From a virus (taxonomy: Duplodnaviria; Caudoviricetes): a stretch of DNA of 43,785 nt. The stretch lies in the IMG/VR virus record IMGVR_UViG_3300021961_000184, positions 1 through 43,785 of that record; one strand, given 5' to 3'. A model generated the notes under the pieces. That model saw only the letters and a list, made by a program, of their open reading frames with translations. It made no database searches and had not been told where the DNA came from. The position numbers and the translations under genes were made by a program. Of this stretch, positions 17,291-25,028 are shown in pieces; the stretch's first letter is position 1, and each line of letters starts with the position of its first letter.

Positions 17291-18963
17291 CAGAAGAAGT
17301 CTTTGATCTCTTGGTACGTGCCCGTGTTCTTGTCGTACTTGAGCAGGGCTTCCCCCGTCTGACCTACCCAGCGGTATCTGCACTTCCACACCGCGATCTG
17401 GGTATCCTTCCCCACACGATGCACAGTAATGCCGCAGTCGGTCTTCGCCCACCACGCCATTGACCCGCTGATCGCCATGCCGTCCGGCCTTGGCAAGTCC
17501 ATTCCCTGCCGATTGATCTTCGCAGGATGAGCGACAAACCAAACGTGAACCCCGCTGCTCTTCGCAAACTGCTGCACCCGCGTCAGCATGTTGCTGATCG
17601 CCGCTGTCTCGCTGTCACCACGATCCAGTTCGATGTAGTTGTATGGATCGATCAGCAGACCGCGCACACCCATCCGCGCCACTGCTGCCTTCGCTCTCTC
17701 GATGATCGATCCGATGTTCGCAGGCTCACTGCTCTCGTTGGTCAGGAAGACAAAGTGTTCGTTGACCCATTGATAGGCCGTCTGGAATTCCTCTTCGCTG
17801 ATCCGGTTCTCGCCGTCGAAGAATCTTTTCTTGCTGTAAATCTCGATTAGTCGGCTGATGTGAACTTCGGGCGCGTTCTCGAACGAACACAGGGCGAACT
17901 TCCAGTCATGCTCCCTCGCCAGATTCACCATTAGCTGATCCACGAAGTTGCTCTTGCCCATCGACGGGTAGCCGGTGACCACGGTCATCTGGCTGGGCAC
18001 CACCGTGTAAAGCTGGTCGATGGCGTCATATCCGGTGCCGAATCCCTTCCCTGTCCCCTTGCTATATAGGTCGTTTAAACGGTCTTTGAACTCCATCGCA
18101 GAGCTGACCCCTTGCACTGGGTATGGCTCGGCCTTGTCGATGGCCTCGCGCAGGGCATCTGCGCCGTGCTTCAGCAGCACATCGTTCGCATCCTTGGCCG
18201 GCAGCTTGGCCAGCCTGCATTTATCCTTCCCAATCCTTCGCGCCAGTTCCTCGGCCAGCGCATGACCTGCCGGATCGTTGTCCGTTGCCAGCACCACCCA
18301 AGGTGCCTTGCCGATAGCCTCAAAAGCGTCCCAAACGAACGCAAAGCGCTTGTCCTCCTTGGCTGATACCTTCCCATCAACCACCCGCATCGGTGCGCCT
18401 GAGGGCACGGATAGCGCGTTTGGCACCCCTATTTCCATGAGAGTGAGGGCGTCCATCTCCCCTTCCACAATCACCACCGGCTTCGATACATCAAGATCAT
18501 CAATCAGCCAGTATGTCTGCGCCCCGCCGTTGTCTTGGGTAAAGTCCTTCGCGGCGAGCGATCGATACTTGCAGGCCGTCATCTTTCCGTCCTTGAAGTA
18601 CGGGAAAGCGATGCAGTCTGCCTCGGCGTTAGATCGGTTGAACCACTTGCGTGATGCGAACAGTCTTGCCTTTGCTGCGGTCTCTGCACTGATGCCGCGC
18701 TGCTTCAGGTATTCAAGATGCGCTTCTGTCAGGTCGAGTCTGATCGCTGGCTTCTGAACGGCAGTCATTTTTCTCTCCGAGTTTATTACGTGAACACCCG
18801 TCTCACCACAGTGATGGCAGGTGTACTTGAGTGCGTCTTCGCTGCGAGTGACAGCAAGGTCGCGCATGTTTTGCTTGCGCCTTGCTGGTGTGCATGCTGG
18901 GCAGATATAGCGATGGGTTCCCCCATCGTAGGGAACAATCCCTACCAGATCGGACAAGTCCAT
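17290..18963 (-). CDS. Bifunctional primase-helicase (T7 gp4/Twinkle-like)
   Basis: CPAC/CHHC zinc finger, TOPRIM VIVEGEMDAL and LATDND, GYPSMGKS Walker A, IDPYN, VAHP. Confidence 0.92.
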   Translation of the reverse strand: MDLSDLVGIVPYDGGTHRYICPACTPARRKQNMRDLAVTRSEDALKYTCHHCGETGVHVINSERKMTAVQKPAIRLDLTEAHLEYLKQRGISAETAAKARLFASRKWFNRSNAEADCIAFPYFKDGKMTACKYRSLAAKDFTQDNGGAQTYWLIDDLDVSKPVVIVEGEMDALTLMEIGVPNALSVPSGAPMRVVDGKVSAKEDKRFAFVWDAFEAIGKAPWVVLATDNDPAGHALAEELARRIGKDKCRLAKLPAKDANDVLLKHGADALREAIDKAEPYPVQGVSSAMEFKDRLNDLYSKGTGKGFGTGYDAIDQLYTVVPSQMTVVTGYPSMGKSNFVDQLMVNLAREHDWKFALCSFENAPEVHISRLIEIYSKKRFFDGENRISEEEFQTAYQWVNEHFVFLTNESSEPANIGSIIERAKAAVARMGVRGLLIDPYNYIELDRGDSETAAISNMLTRVQQFAKSSGVHVWFVAHPAKINRQGMDLPRPDGMAISGSMAWWAKTDCGITVHRVGKDTQIAVWKCRYRWVGQTGEALLKYDKNTGTYQEIKDFF

Positions 18964-18978
18964 AGAGCCTCTTTGGTG

Positions 18979-19206
18979 CTACTTCTTTTTGTTGTCGGAG
19001 CGGTTCTTGCTGCGATCCCTCAAGCGGAGGTTACCGCCTTTCGAGAGACCACCTTTGCTGATCGGTGTCTTGTGATCGATGTCTTTACCGGCGCGGTCAA
19101 TGCCTTTCTTGTCATACTGCCTACGGGCACGTTGCCGCTCGATCTGCCCTTTGTCATCGCCGCGTTTGAGTTGCAGTTGATATTCTTTTTTCCAATCGCG
19201 TGGCAT
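18979..19206 (-). CDS. Small HNH-like protein
   Basis: KDIDHKTPISKGG...NLRLRDRSKNRS; GGAGG RBS. Confidence 0.7.
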   Translation of the reverse strand: MPRDWKKEYQLQLKRGDDKGQIERQRARRQYDKKGIDRAGKDIDHKTPISKGGLSKGGNLRLRDRSKNRSDNKKK

Positions 19207-19217
19207 GGAGCCTCCGT

Positions 19218-19529
19218 TCAGTTCATATCTTTGATGTTAGGTGTGCCTTGGTTGATGTATTGCGCCACAAGAGTCGGGATGTCTTTGTACCAATACCAGA
19301 CATACTTACCTTTGACGCACCATTTTTGCTTAGACACTGCCACGATAAATTTTTTGTTGACCAATAGCCCATGAGCATCTTGCTCAACATGACATCCGTG
19401 CTTTATCAGGCTTATCTCAAGCCTGAGTCTTTGCTCTGGATTAAATTTCGGATAATCACTATCCCAGCGAGCACTAGCGTCTCGCATCAATGCAATACGA
19501 TCCTCAAGTTCTTTTATCTTTTCGTCCAT
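19218..19529 (-). CDS. Hypothetical protein
   Basis: Start taken at MDEKIKEL; overlaps the end of the upstream interrupted frame. Confidence 0.6.
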   Translation of the reverse strand: MDEKIKELEDRIALMRDASARWDSDYPKFNPEQRLRLEISLIKHGCHVEQDAHGLLVNKKFIVAVSKQKWCVKGKYVWYWYKDIPTLVAQYINQGTPNIKDMN

Positions 19530-19876
19530 AATTTTTCGAGAAGAACAACCTTGATTGATGTGATGGCGTAAGCCTTGCGGCTGCTGCCTTGGTTGCAGCG
19601 TTAACACTCTACCAATCCCTTCGATATGAGTCTACAAAGATGTGCGAACACTTCTACTTTTTTGATGCCAACCACTTCAGCAATAGCATCTGAGTAGCGG
19701 TATCCCCTAGATACCGCCCTGAGAACAGATTCTTGCACTTCACGTCTTCGCATAGAGAGCTCGCTCTACTTATGAAAGCATTGCGCAGAACAATACGACG
19801 GATACTTTCTGAGCTCCGTTGGCTGGAATAGAAGTCCACATTTAATGCAACGAACGTATTTGAAAAATTTAATCAT
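19514..19876 (-). pseudogene. Interrupted zinc-finger plus winged-HTH regulator frame (two in-frame stops)
   Basis: Own translation MIKFFKYVRCIKCG...YCSAQCFHK*SELSMRRREVQESVLRAV...HLCRLISKGLVEC*RCNQGSSRKAYAITSIKVVLLEKLWTKR*; TAG at 19766-19768, TAA at 19601-19603. Confidence 0.5.
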
Positions 19877-20278
19877 AATTTTTCCTGTTCTTTTATTACC
19901 AGCCGAGGGAGCGAGGGAGCGAGAGAACCAAAATATCCCCAACCCATAATTAAATGGATCGGGGAAGTCTTGGTGTCACCAGCGTCGGTCGTTCGGTCGC
20001 TTGTATCACCAGAAGAGAGAGCATCATCTCTTCATGAATCGGGGCTTTTGACGTTGATGCGTCAAGTCTGTCTGCCCCCGATTGACTGTCGGTTTTCTTC
20101 CTGTGATGTTATCTAAGGAACCTTCAGCCAACATCCGCAGATTGCCGTTCAGCAGTCTTCTTGTCGGCACTTCCGATACGAATAAGAACGTAACAGGGAT
20201 GCGATCTGGACAGTTTGCACTGGAGCCATCTTCTCTTACTCCCTTCCACCGATAAAACTTCGTATCGGCCCGTTCAAA

Positions 20279-20424
20279 AGAAAAACCCATACTGCTCGGG
20301 TCTAGGTCGTGGCGTGATCGGAGCGAAACCGCGACTTTTCGCACTTCTCAGACCAAAACCCGATGAGTATGGGTTCTTCGCGGTAACACACTCCGCCACG
20401 GAGCGACCTGTCTTTTTCACAGGC
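20279..20424 (-). promoter_or_regulatory. Attenuator-like leader (terminator/antiterminator)
   Basis: Stem arms 20366-20375/20284-20293 followed by a U-run on the minus strand; upstream CGTGGCG (20394-20400) is complementary to CGCCACG (20308-20314) inside the hairpin. Confidence 0.5.
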
Positions 20425-20430
20425 GAGGGA

Positions 20431-20460
20431 ATCCTAAAGCAGGAACAAACATCCAGTCAA
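20431..20460 (-). promoter_or_regulatory. Sigma70-type promoter toward the replication genes
   Basis: TTGACT-18 nt-TAGGAT on the minus strand. Confidence 0.55.
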
Positions 20461-20469
20461 TAGCTGGAT

Positions 20470-20811
20470 TCAAAAATAATTTGGTGAGCCTGAACTCTGC
20501 GGTGTGACTGGGGCAGATTTTTTCATATACAGCGGATTCATTTCCAGATCGAGATATGAGAACGCACTTGTTCTCGTTTCACCCTCGTTCCAGAAAACGA
20601 GAACATGATTGTCTGAGGTGATCCAGCAGCCCCATGCCATCAGTCCCGATGCAGTTGATCCATAGACTGCATGCCCCTGCTTGCATGATCCGGTGACAGT
20701 GAGGAAGACAATGGTGCCGCCAGCTTTGTTCGGCATCCGAGCAACCCATTCCCTTGATTGCGCATGAGCCACCGTTGATACGAACATCAATGTTGCGATC
20801 AGTGCTTTCAT
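20470..20811 (-). CDS. Exported protein with signal peptide
   Basis: MKALIATLMFVSTVAHA-Q (AxA cleavage), two Cys, GGAGGG RBS. Confidence 0.75.
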   Translation of the reverse strand: MKALIATLMFVSTVAHAQSREWVARMPNKAGGTIVFLTVTGSCKQGHAVYGSTASGLMAWGCWITSDNHVLVFWNEGETRTSAFSYLDLEMNPLYMKKSAPVTPQSSGSPNYF

Positions 20812-20904
20812 GTTCCCTCCGTAGGTTGTCCCTACTCGCTACACCGGCAGGCGTCCACCAATAACCAGCATCCGCTTTCGGGTAAGAAAAATTATACACA
20901 GAGC

Positions 20905-20944
20905 TTTTATTACAATCCGCCCCCGAGGGCGGATTGTAATAAAA
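20905..20944. repeat. Perfect 18-bp inverted repeat (bidirectional terminator or cruciform)
   Basis: TTTTATTACAATCCGCCC-CCGA-GGGCGGATTGTAATAAAA. Confidence 0.9.
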
Positions 20945-21004
20945 ACCTTGAACAATATAAACACCACCGTTTAAACGAGCAGCATCACTCCTCCCCCTAC
21001 ATGG

Positions 21005-21031
21005 TTGTAGCGCTTGTAGCGCTTGTAGCGC
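21005..21031. repeat. 9-bp tandem repeat (TTGTAGCGC)x3
   Basis: Three exact copies. Confidence 0.9.
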
Positions 21032-21053
21032 TTATGCCGGATCTCCCCCTACT

Positions 21054-21128
21054 CCCCCAATTTGGGGTATACCCCTATCCCCCAATTTGGGGTATACCCC
21101 TATCCCCCTTCATGGGGTATACCCCTTC
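21054..21128. repeat. 25-bp tandem repeat x3 with palindromic core GGGGTATACCCC
   Basis: Cores at 21064-21075, 21089-21100 and 21114-21125; first two units identical. Confidence 0.92.
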
Positions 21129-21138
21129 ACGGGGGACA

Positions 21139-21147
21139 TGGTATGAT
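21139..21147 (+). promoter_or_regulatory. Extended -10 promoter of the candidate sRNA
   Basis: TG-G-TATGAT. Confidence 0.6.
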
Positions 21148-21153
21148 TCGCTC

Positions 21154-21247
21154 GTCGCATGGAACCTTAGAGCCTCCGTTGCGATTGGCTGGTTCTCCCT
21201 CCGTTACCCAGCCTACCCCTTAGACCGCCTTCGGGCGGTCTTTTTTT
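21154..21247 (+). ncRNA. Candidate trans-acting anti-Shine-Dalgarno sRNA
   Basis: Promoter, two hairpins carrying CCTCCGTT, then an intrinsic terminator; 14-nt perfect complement to the RBS at 13011-13024 and 8-11-nt complements to other RBSs. Confidence 0.7.
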
Positions 21248-21671
21248 GCTCGGGTGATACCAACCCCCTCCCTTGCAGCAGCGACGCAATAGCGGCCTTC
21301 TGGTCAAGCCTGACGATGGTTATTTCAGTGCGGGGAGACTCCCTGTCCAGCGCCCAGTATGTATGCCGCTCCTTTACCTGCCGGTCGTTGGTGTAAATCA
21401 GGTCTTGCATGAGGTCGAGGATCAGGGTCTCGTCCAGATCAGGTCTGCGGGAGGCGTAGTGGATGGTCATGATGATTGCCACATCGCCATCAATCACCGG
21501 GTCAAGCTTGGGGCACTGCTGTTTAAACGACTCACCGTAGTCCCTCGCCTTCTGAGACTTAATAAACGCTGGCCTTCCTCGAATGGTGACCAGCTTCCGG
21601 CTATTGGATTTGGACGCAGGCTCACCATGAATGGTGAAGGTAATTGGTAATATCTGTTGTATTGTTCGCAT
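21213..21671 (-). CDS. rusA: RusA-like Holliday junction resolvase
   Basis: GEPASKSN, RRPDLD, LDLMQDLIYTNDRQV, PRTEITI; start codon uncertain. Confidence 0.8.
   Translation of the reverse strand: MRTIQQILPITFTIHGEPASKSNSRKLVTIRGRPAFIKSQKARDYGESFKQQCPKLDPVIDGDVAIIMTIHYASRRPDLDETLILDLMQDLIYTNDRQVKERHTYWALDRESPRTEITIVRLDQKAAIASLLQGRGLVSPEQKKTARRRSKG
21222..21247 (+). terminator. Rho-independent terminator of the sRNA
   Basis: AGACCGCC-TTCG-GGCGGTCT-TTTTTT. Confidence 0.9.
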
Positions 21672-21685
21672 AGTTGCGCTATTGT
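21657..21685 (+). promoter_or_regulatory. Sigma70-type promoter of the recombination operon
   Basis: TTGTAT-17 nt-TATTGT; spacer carries TGTTCGCATAGTTGC. Confidence 0.6.
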
Positions 21686-21711
21686 CCCATTTCATTAAAC
21701 GGAGGTCACAG

Positions 21712-22584
21712 ATGGAAGTAACCAATAATTTCGGTGTTCCCGAAACACTGATGTCTCTAGCACGCAGAGACTACTACAGTAAGGGCAACGCTGACTACTC
21801 TGTCACGGAGTTACTTGCCCCGTCCCGAGTGCAGCGTCTGCGAAAGTTGTTCCATGGGCATATGAAGCAGGACGTGTCGCAGATGCTCTGGCAGTTGATG
21901 GGCTCTGCCCTGCATGTGGTGGCGGAGCGCGGTCAGGCGGAAGGGCACATCACGGAAGAACGCTTGTTCTCTACCTTCGAGGGCGTTGTGGTGTCCGGTG
22001 CGATTGATGTGCAGCAGGAAGAAGACGATGGCGTGACCATCATGGATTACAAGTTCACTTCCGCTTGGGCAGTCATGAATGAGAAGCCCGACTGGGAGCA
22101 GCAACAGAACGTATACGGCTGGCTGGTTCGGCGCGAGAAGAAGAAGAACGTCAAGGGCGTGAAGATCATCGCCCTGATCCGCGACTGGAATCGCAGGGAG
22201 GCCGAGCGGCGGGAGGATTACCCCAAGGCACCAATTCAGGTGATCGACTTGCGCCTGTGGTCGCACGAAGAAGCTGAGGAATTTGTTCGCAGTCGTATCT
22301 CTGCCCACAACACTGGGAAGGTGGCGATTGCGTTCGATGAGGAACTCCCGCTCTGCACCGATGAAGACCGGTGGGTGCGGGAGACGAAGTTCGCGGTCAT
22401 GAAGGAAGGCCGCAAGAGAGCGGTCAAGTTGTTCGACAGCGAAGCTGACGCGAAGCAATTCGCAGAGCAGGAAAAAGGTTTCGTTGAAACAAGGAAGGGG
22501 GAGGCCATCCGTTGCACCGGTGACTACTGTGGTGTGTCGCAATGGTGCAGCCAATATCAAGCAACGAAAGGAGTAGAAGAATGA
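21712..22584 (+). CDS. PD-(D/E)XK exonuclease (RecB/Cas4-like)
   Basis: GSALH, SGAID, IMDYKFTS, QQNVY, C-terminal C-x4-C-x5-C; GGAGG RBS before MEVTNN. Confidence 0.8.
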   Translation: MEVTNNFGVPETLMSLARRDYYSKGNADYSVTELLAPSRVQRLRKLFHGHMKQDVSQMLWQLMGSALHVVAERGQAEGHITEERLFSTFEGVVVSGAIDVQQEEDDGVTIMDYKFTSAWAVMNEKPDWEQQQNVYGWLVRREKKKNVKGVKIIALIRDWNRREAERREDYPKAPIQVIDLRLWSHEEAEEFVRSRISAHNTGKVAIAFDEELPLCTDEDRWVRETKFAVMKEGRKRAVKLFDSEADAKQFAEQEKGFVETRKGEAIRCTGDYCGVSQWCSQYQATKGVEE

Positions 22585-23231
22585 ACGTGTATCAAAAGTT
22601 GAATCTGGCGCGGGAGAAGTTCCATGCCGCAGAGATCAAAAAGTCAGGTCACAACAAGTTCGCTGGCTATTACTATTTTGAACTTGGCGATTTTGTTGTG
22701 CCTGCACTGCAAATATTCAAGGAAGTGGGACTGACATCGGTTATCCGTTTTGAGCAGAACATCGCCACAATGGATATCGTCAACAACGAAAAACCTGAGG
22801 ACAGGATCAGCATTACCAGTCCGATGTCTGAGGCTGCGCTGAAGGGATGTCACCCAGTGCAGAACTTGGGTGCGGTCGAGACCTACATACGCAGATACCT
22901 GTGGGTCGCTGCCCTTGAAATCGTTGAGCATGACGCGCTTGATTCGGCGGAGCCGGTGAAAGATGCGCCGAAGAAAGACGAGCCGAAGGCGGCCCCCAAA
23001 ACAGAACATAAGGCAGCCCCGAAGGCAGTCGGTTTAAACGATGATCAGAAGCTGATGATCAAAGTTCTGAAAGAATTTGCTGGCAACATGAGCGATGAAA
23101 AAGAGCTGAAAGAACTCTGGGGAGAGAACCTTCCCAAGATCGAGGCCATCGAGGCGGCAGACCCTGCCGCTCACGAAGACCTGAAGGAGCATTTCCGTCA
23201 AACCCGCACTAAACTCAAGGAGAAGAAATAA
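22581..23231 (+). CDS. erf: ERF-family single-strand annealing protein
   Basis: KSGHNKFAGYYYFELGD, LGAVETYIRRY, EHDALD; start MNVYQKL. Confidence 0.8.
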   Translation: MNVYQKLNLAREKFHAAEIKKSGHNKFAGYYYFELGDFVVPALQIFKEVGLTSVIRFEQNIATMDIVNNEKPEDRISITSPMSEAALKGCHPVQNLGAVETYIRRYLWVAALEIVEHDALDSAEPVKDAPKKDEPKAAPKTEHKAAPKAVGLNDDQKLMIKVLKEFAGNMSDEKELKELWGENLPKIEAIEAADPAAHEDLKEHFRQTRTKLKEKK

Positions 23232-23506
23232 TGAAGACGTTTGATAAACCATTTGAAGTTCGCCCGAATACCGGCACTTTGTTCAGCGTCACCGCAAAGA
23301 ACCTTCCAACCTCGCCCGACTATTTTGGCGAGATCGCAATCGCAGCAAGCACCATCAAGGTTGTAGACGGTGTTGCAACGATCAAGATCAGCGGATGGAA
23401 AAAGAAGGCAAAAAACGGCAAAACTTATCTGTCGATTGCGGTCAACGATCCGTCAATGATGCCGTCCAAAAAAGTGACTGTGGAGGTCGAAGATGAGCCG
23501 TTCTAA
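23231..23506 (+). CDS. Putative ssDNA-binding protein
   Basis: PDYFG, ISGWKK...GKTYLSI, acidic tail ending DEPF; follows exonuclease and ERF. Confidence 0.6.
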   Translation: MKTFDKPFEVRPNTGTLFSVTAKNLPTSPDYFGEIAIAASTIKVVDGVATIKISGWKKKAKNGKTYLSIAVNDPSMMPSKKVTVEVEDEPF

Positions 23507-23690
23507 GACCAGCCAAAAACAAGCGATGCGTGACGATGCTGTCAGGCTTCTCGGTCAGACGGTCAGCAAGCAGGAGGCCGAGATCGATGAGCTTCGCCGC
23601 ATCATCAATGAGAGGGACAACGCCATTGTTGGATACAAGGCCGTCATCAGCTACCTCGAATTTCAATCGGGGATGAGAGGATCACAATGA
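23493..23690 (+). CDS. Hypothetical coiled-coil protein
   Basis: ORF overlapping both neighbours; start uncertain. Confidence 0.55.
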   Translation: MSRSKTSQKQAMRDDAVRLLGQTVSKQEAEIDELRRIINERDNAIVGYKAVISYLEFQSGMRGSQ

Positions 23691-24094
23691 CCGCACTCCA
23701 GTTCGAGGCTGTCAAGGTTGCCCTGAAGCAGGATGCCACCGGCTTTGTTCTGACCGTGAAGATTCACCCTGACGAAATCCCCGAGGAACTTATGCGGGAT
23801 TTTGTCGGGGCTCGCTATGGTGTGGCTATGGTCAGGGTCAATGAGGACGAGACCCCCCGTAACTACGAGAGCAGAGTCAAGAAGGCTGGGATGCTTTGCC
23901 GTGATGTTCGTTTTCGCCAGTGGATTGAAAGGCTGGAAGGTCAATCCTGCGAAGACGAAGATCGGGCGGTGGCATGGTTGCACCATACCTGCATGATCAA
24001 GTCACGCACTGAGCTTAACGGTAACCAGATGGCGCAGAAAGCGTTTGATCAGATCGTGGAGAAATACGAAAGGGAAAAAGATGAGCCGTTTTAA
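23687..24094 (+). CDS. Hypothetical protein
   Basis: 135-aa coupled ORF; AGMLCRD, IKSRTEL. Confidence 0.7.
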   Translation: MTALQFEAVKVALKQDATGFVLTVKIHPDEIPEELMRDFVGARYGVAMVRVNEDETPRNYESRVKKAGMLCRDVRFRQWIERLEGQSCEDEDRAVAWLHHTCMIKSRTELNGNQMAQKAFDQIVEKYEREKDEPF

Positions 24095-24440
24095 AACTTT
24101 CCATCCGCTGATGATCTACATCACGCTCAAACAAAGAGCGGCGGCAAAAATTTTTGCGAAGAAGGAACGCATCAATGTGTCGCAACTTGTGCGCGAAGGT
24201 CTTACTATGCGGATGAACACCAGCGATCGGTTCAACGCTGGATTTAATGAAGCGATCAAGCAGGCAATGGATGTAACGAAGAACTCAAAGGGTGGGCAAA
24301 TGCGATTCCCATCCGGCAAGTCTTTCGCGGACATAGTGTGTGATGATTTAAACAACCTGATCAGAAAGGAAGAAGATGGATCTATCAAATTTCCAGCAGA
24401 TGGCGATGAGGACAGCGAAGCGAGTGGACTTCCATCTTGA
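24081..24440 (+). CDS. Putative ribbon-helix-helix DNA-binding protein
   Basis: LMIYIT...AKIFAKKERINVSQLVREGL pattern. Confidence 0.55.
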   Translation: MSRFKTFHPLMIYITLKQRAAAKIFAKKERINVSQLVREGLTMRMNTSDRFNAGFNEAIKQAMDVTKNSKGGQMRFPSGKSFADIVCDDLNNLIRKEEDGSIKFPADGDEDSEASGLPS

Positions 24441-24705
24441 CCTTACTCACGCAGCATACGGCCTTGCCGGAGAGGCTGGAGAGTTTGTCGATTCTGTGAA
24501 GAAGCATCAAATCTACAACAAGGAACTAGACAAGGAAAACTTGCTGGAAGAAATAGGTGACATCCTCTGGTATACGGCATTGGCCGCAGAAGTTCTTGGG
24601 GCTAATCTTGGTGACATAGCCAAAAGCAATGTGGCAAAACTGCAAAAAAGATATCCAGAGAAATACACCGACCTGCTGGCGAACGAGCGTTTAGATAAAC
24701 TGTAG
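24376..24705 (+). CDS. mazG: MazG-like nucleotide pyrophosphohydrolase
   Basis: GLAGEAGE...VKK...EEIGDILWY...NVAKLQKRYP. Confidence 0.88.
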   Translation: MDLSNFQQMAMRTAKRVDFHLDLTHAAYGLAGEAGEFVDSVKKHQIYNKELDKENLLEEIGDILWYTALAAEVLGANLGDIAKSNVAKLQKRYPEKYTDLLANERLDKL

Positions 24706-24723
24706 TTTAAACATGGAGGCTCT

Positions 24724-24957
24724 ATGGGTAAACCTTACGTAATTGATGGCAGCATCCTGATCAAGCGCATGGCCGTGACGCTGGTCGCTGGGTTGTTTGT
24801 TGGCGCGGCTGCAGCGGCTGTTGGGTATCGTGTCAAAGAAGTCGAGCCTGCAGCGCAGAAGGTGGCGCTGTCTGTGTGCCCGATGCCCAAAACCGAGGGT
24901 GAGATGACGATCTACGTTGTTGAGAACGGCGCAATCAAATGCTGGAGGTGGAAATGA
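24724..24957 (+). CDS. Small membrane-anchored protein
   Basis: TM segment VTLVAGLFVGAAAAAVGY; GGAGG RBS. Confidence 0.65.
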   Translation: MGKPYVIDGSILIKRMAVTLVAGLFVGAAAAAVGYRVKEVEPAAQKVALSVCPMPKTEGEMTIYVVENGAIKCWRWK

Positions 24958-25028
24958 GACACAGACACGCAGACCTGATCCACGGCTGGTCTGAATGGAT
25001 AGACGTTCCTACTGTGACGGAGGGATGA
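24954..25028 (+). CDS. 24-aa mini-ORF, possibly a deletion remnant
   Basis: MRHRHADLIHGWSEWIDVPTVTEG; ATGA overlaps at both ends. Confidence 0.45.
   Translation: MRHRHADLIHGWSEWIDVPTVTEG

Noticed and set aside
21054-21128. 25-bp repeats as a mini CRISPR array
   Set aside because: Units are contiguous with no unique spacers, and there is no cas operon; the Cas4-like nuclease sits in a recombination module.
21001-21396. 131-aa plus-strand ORF
   Set aside because: It translates tandem repeats, runs through a strong terminator and has no RBS.
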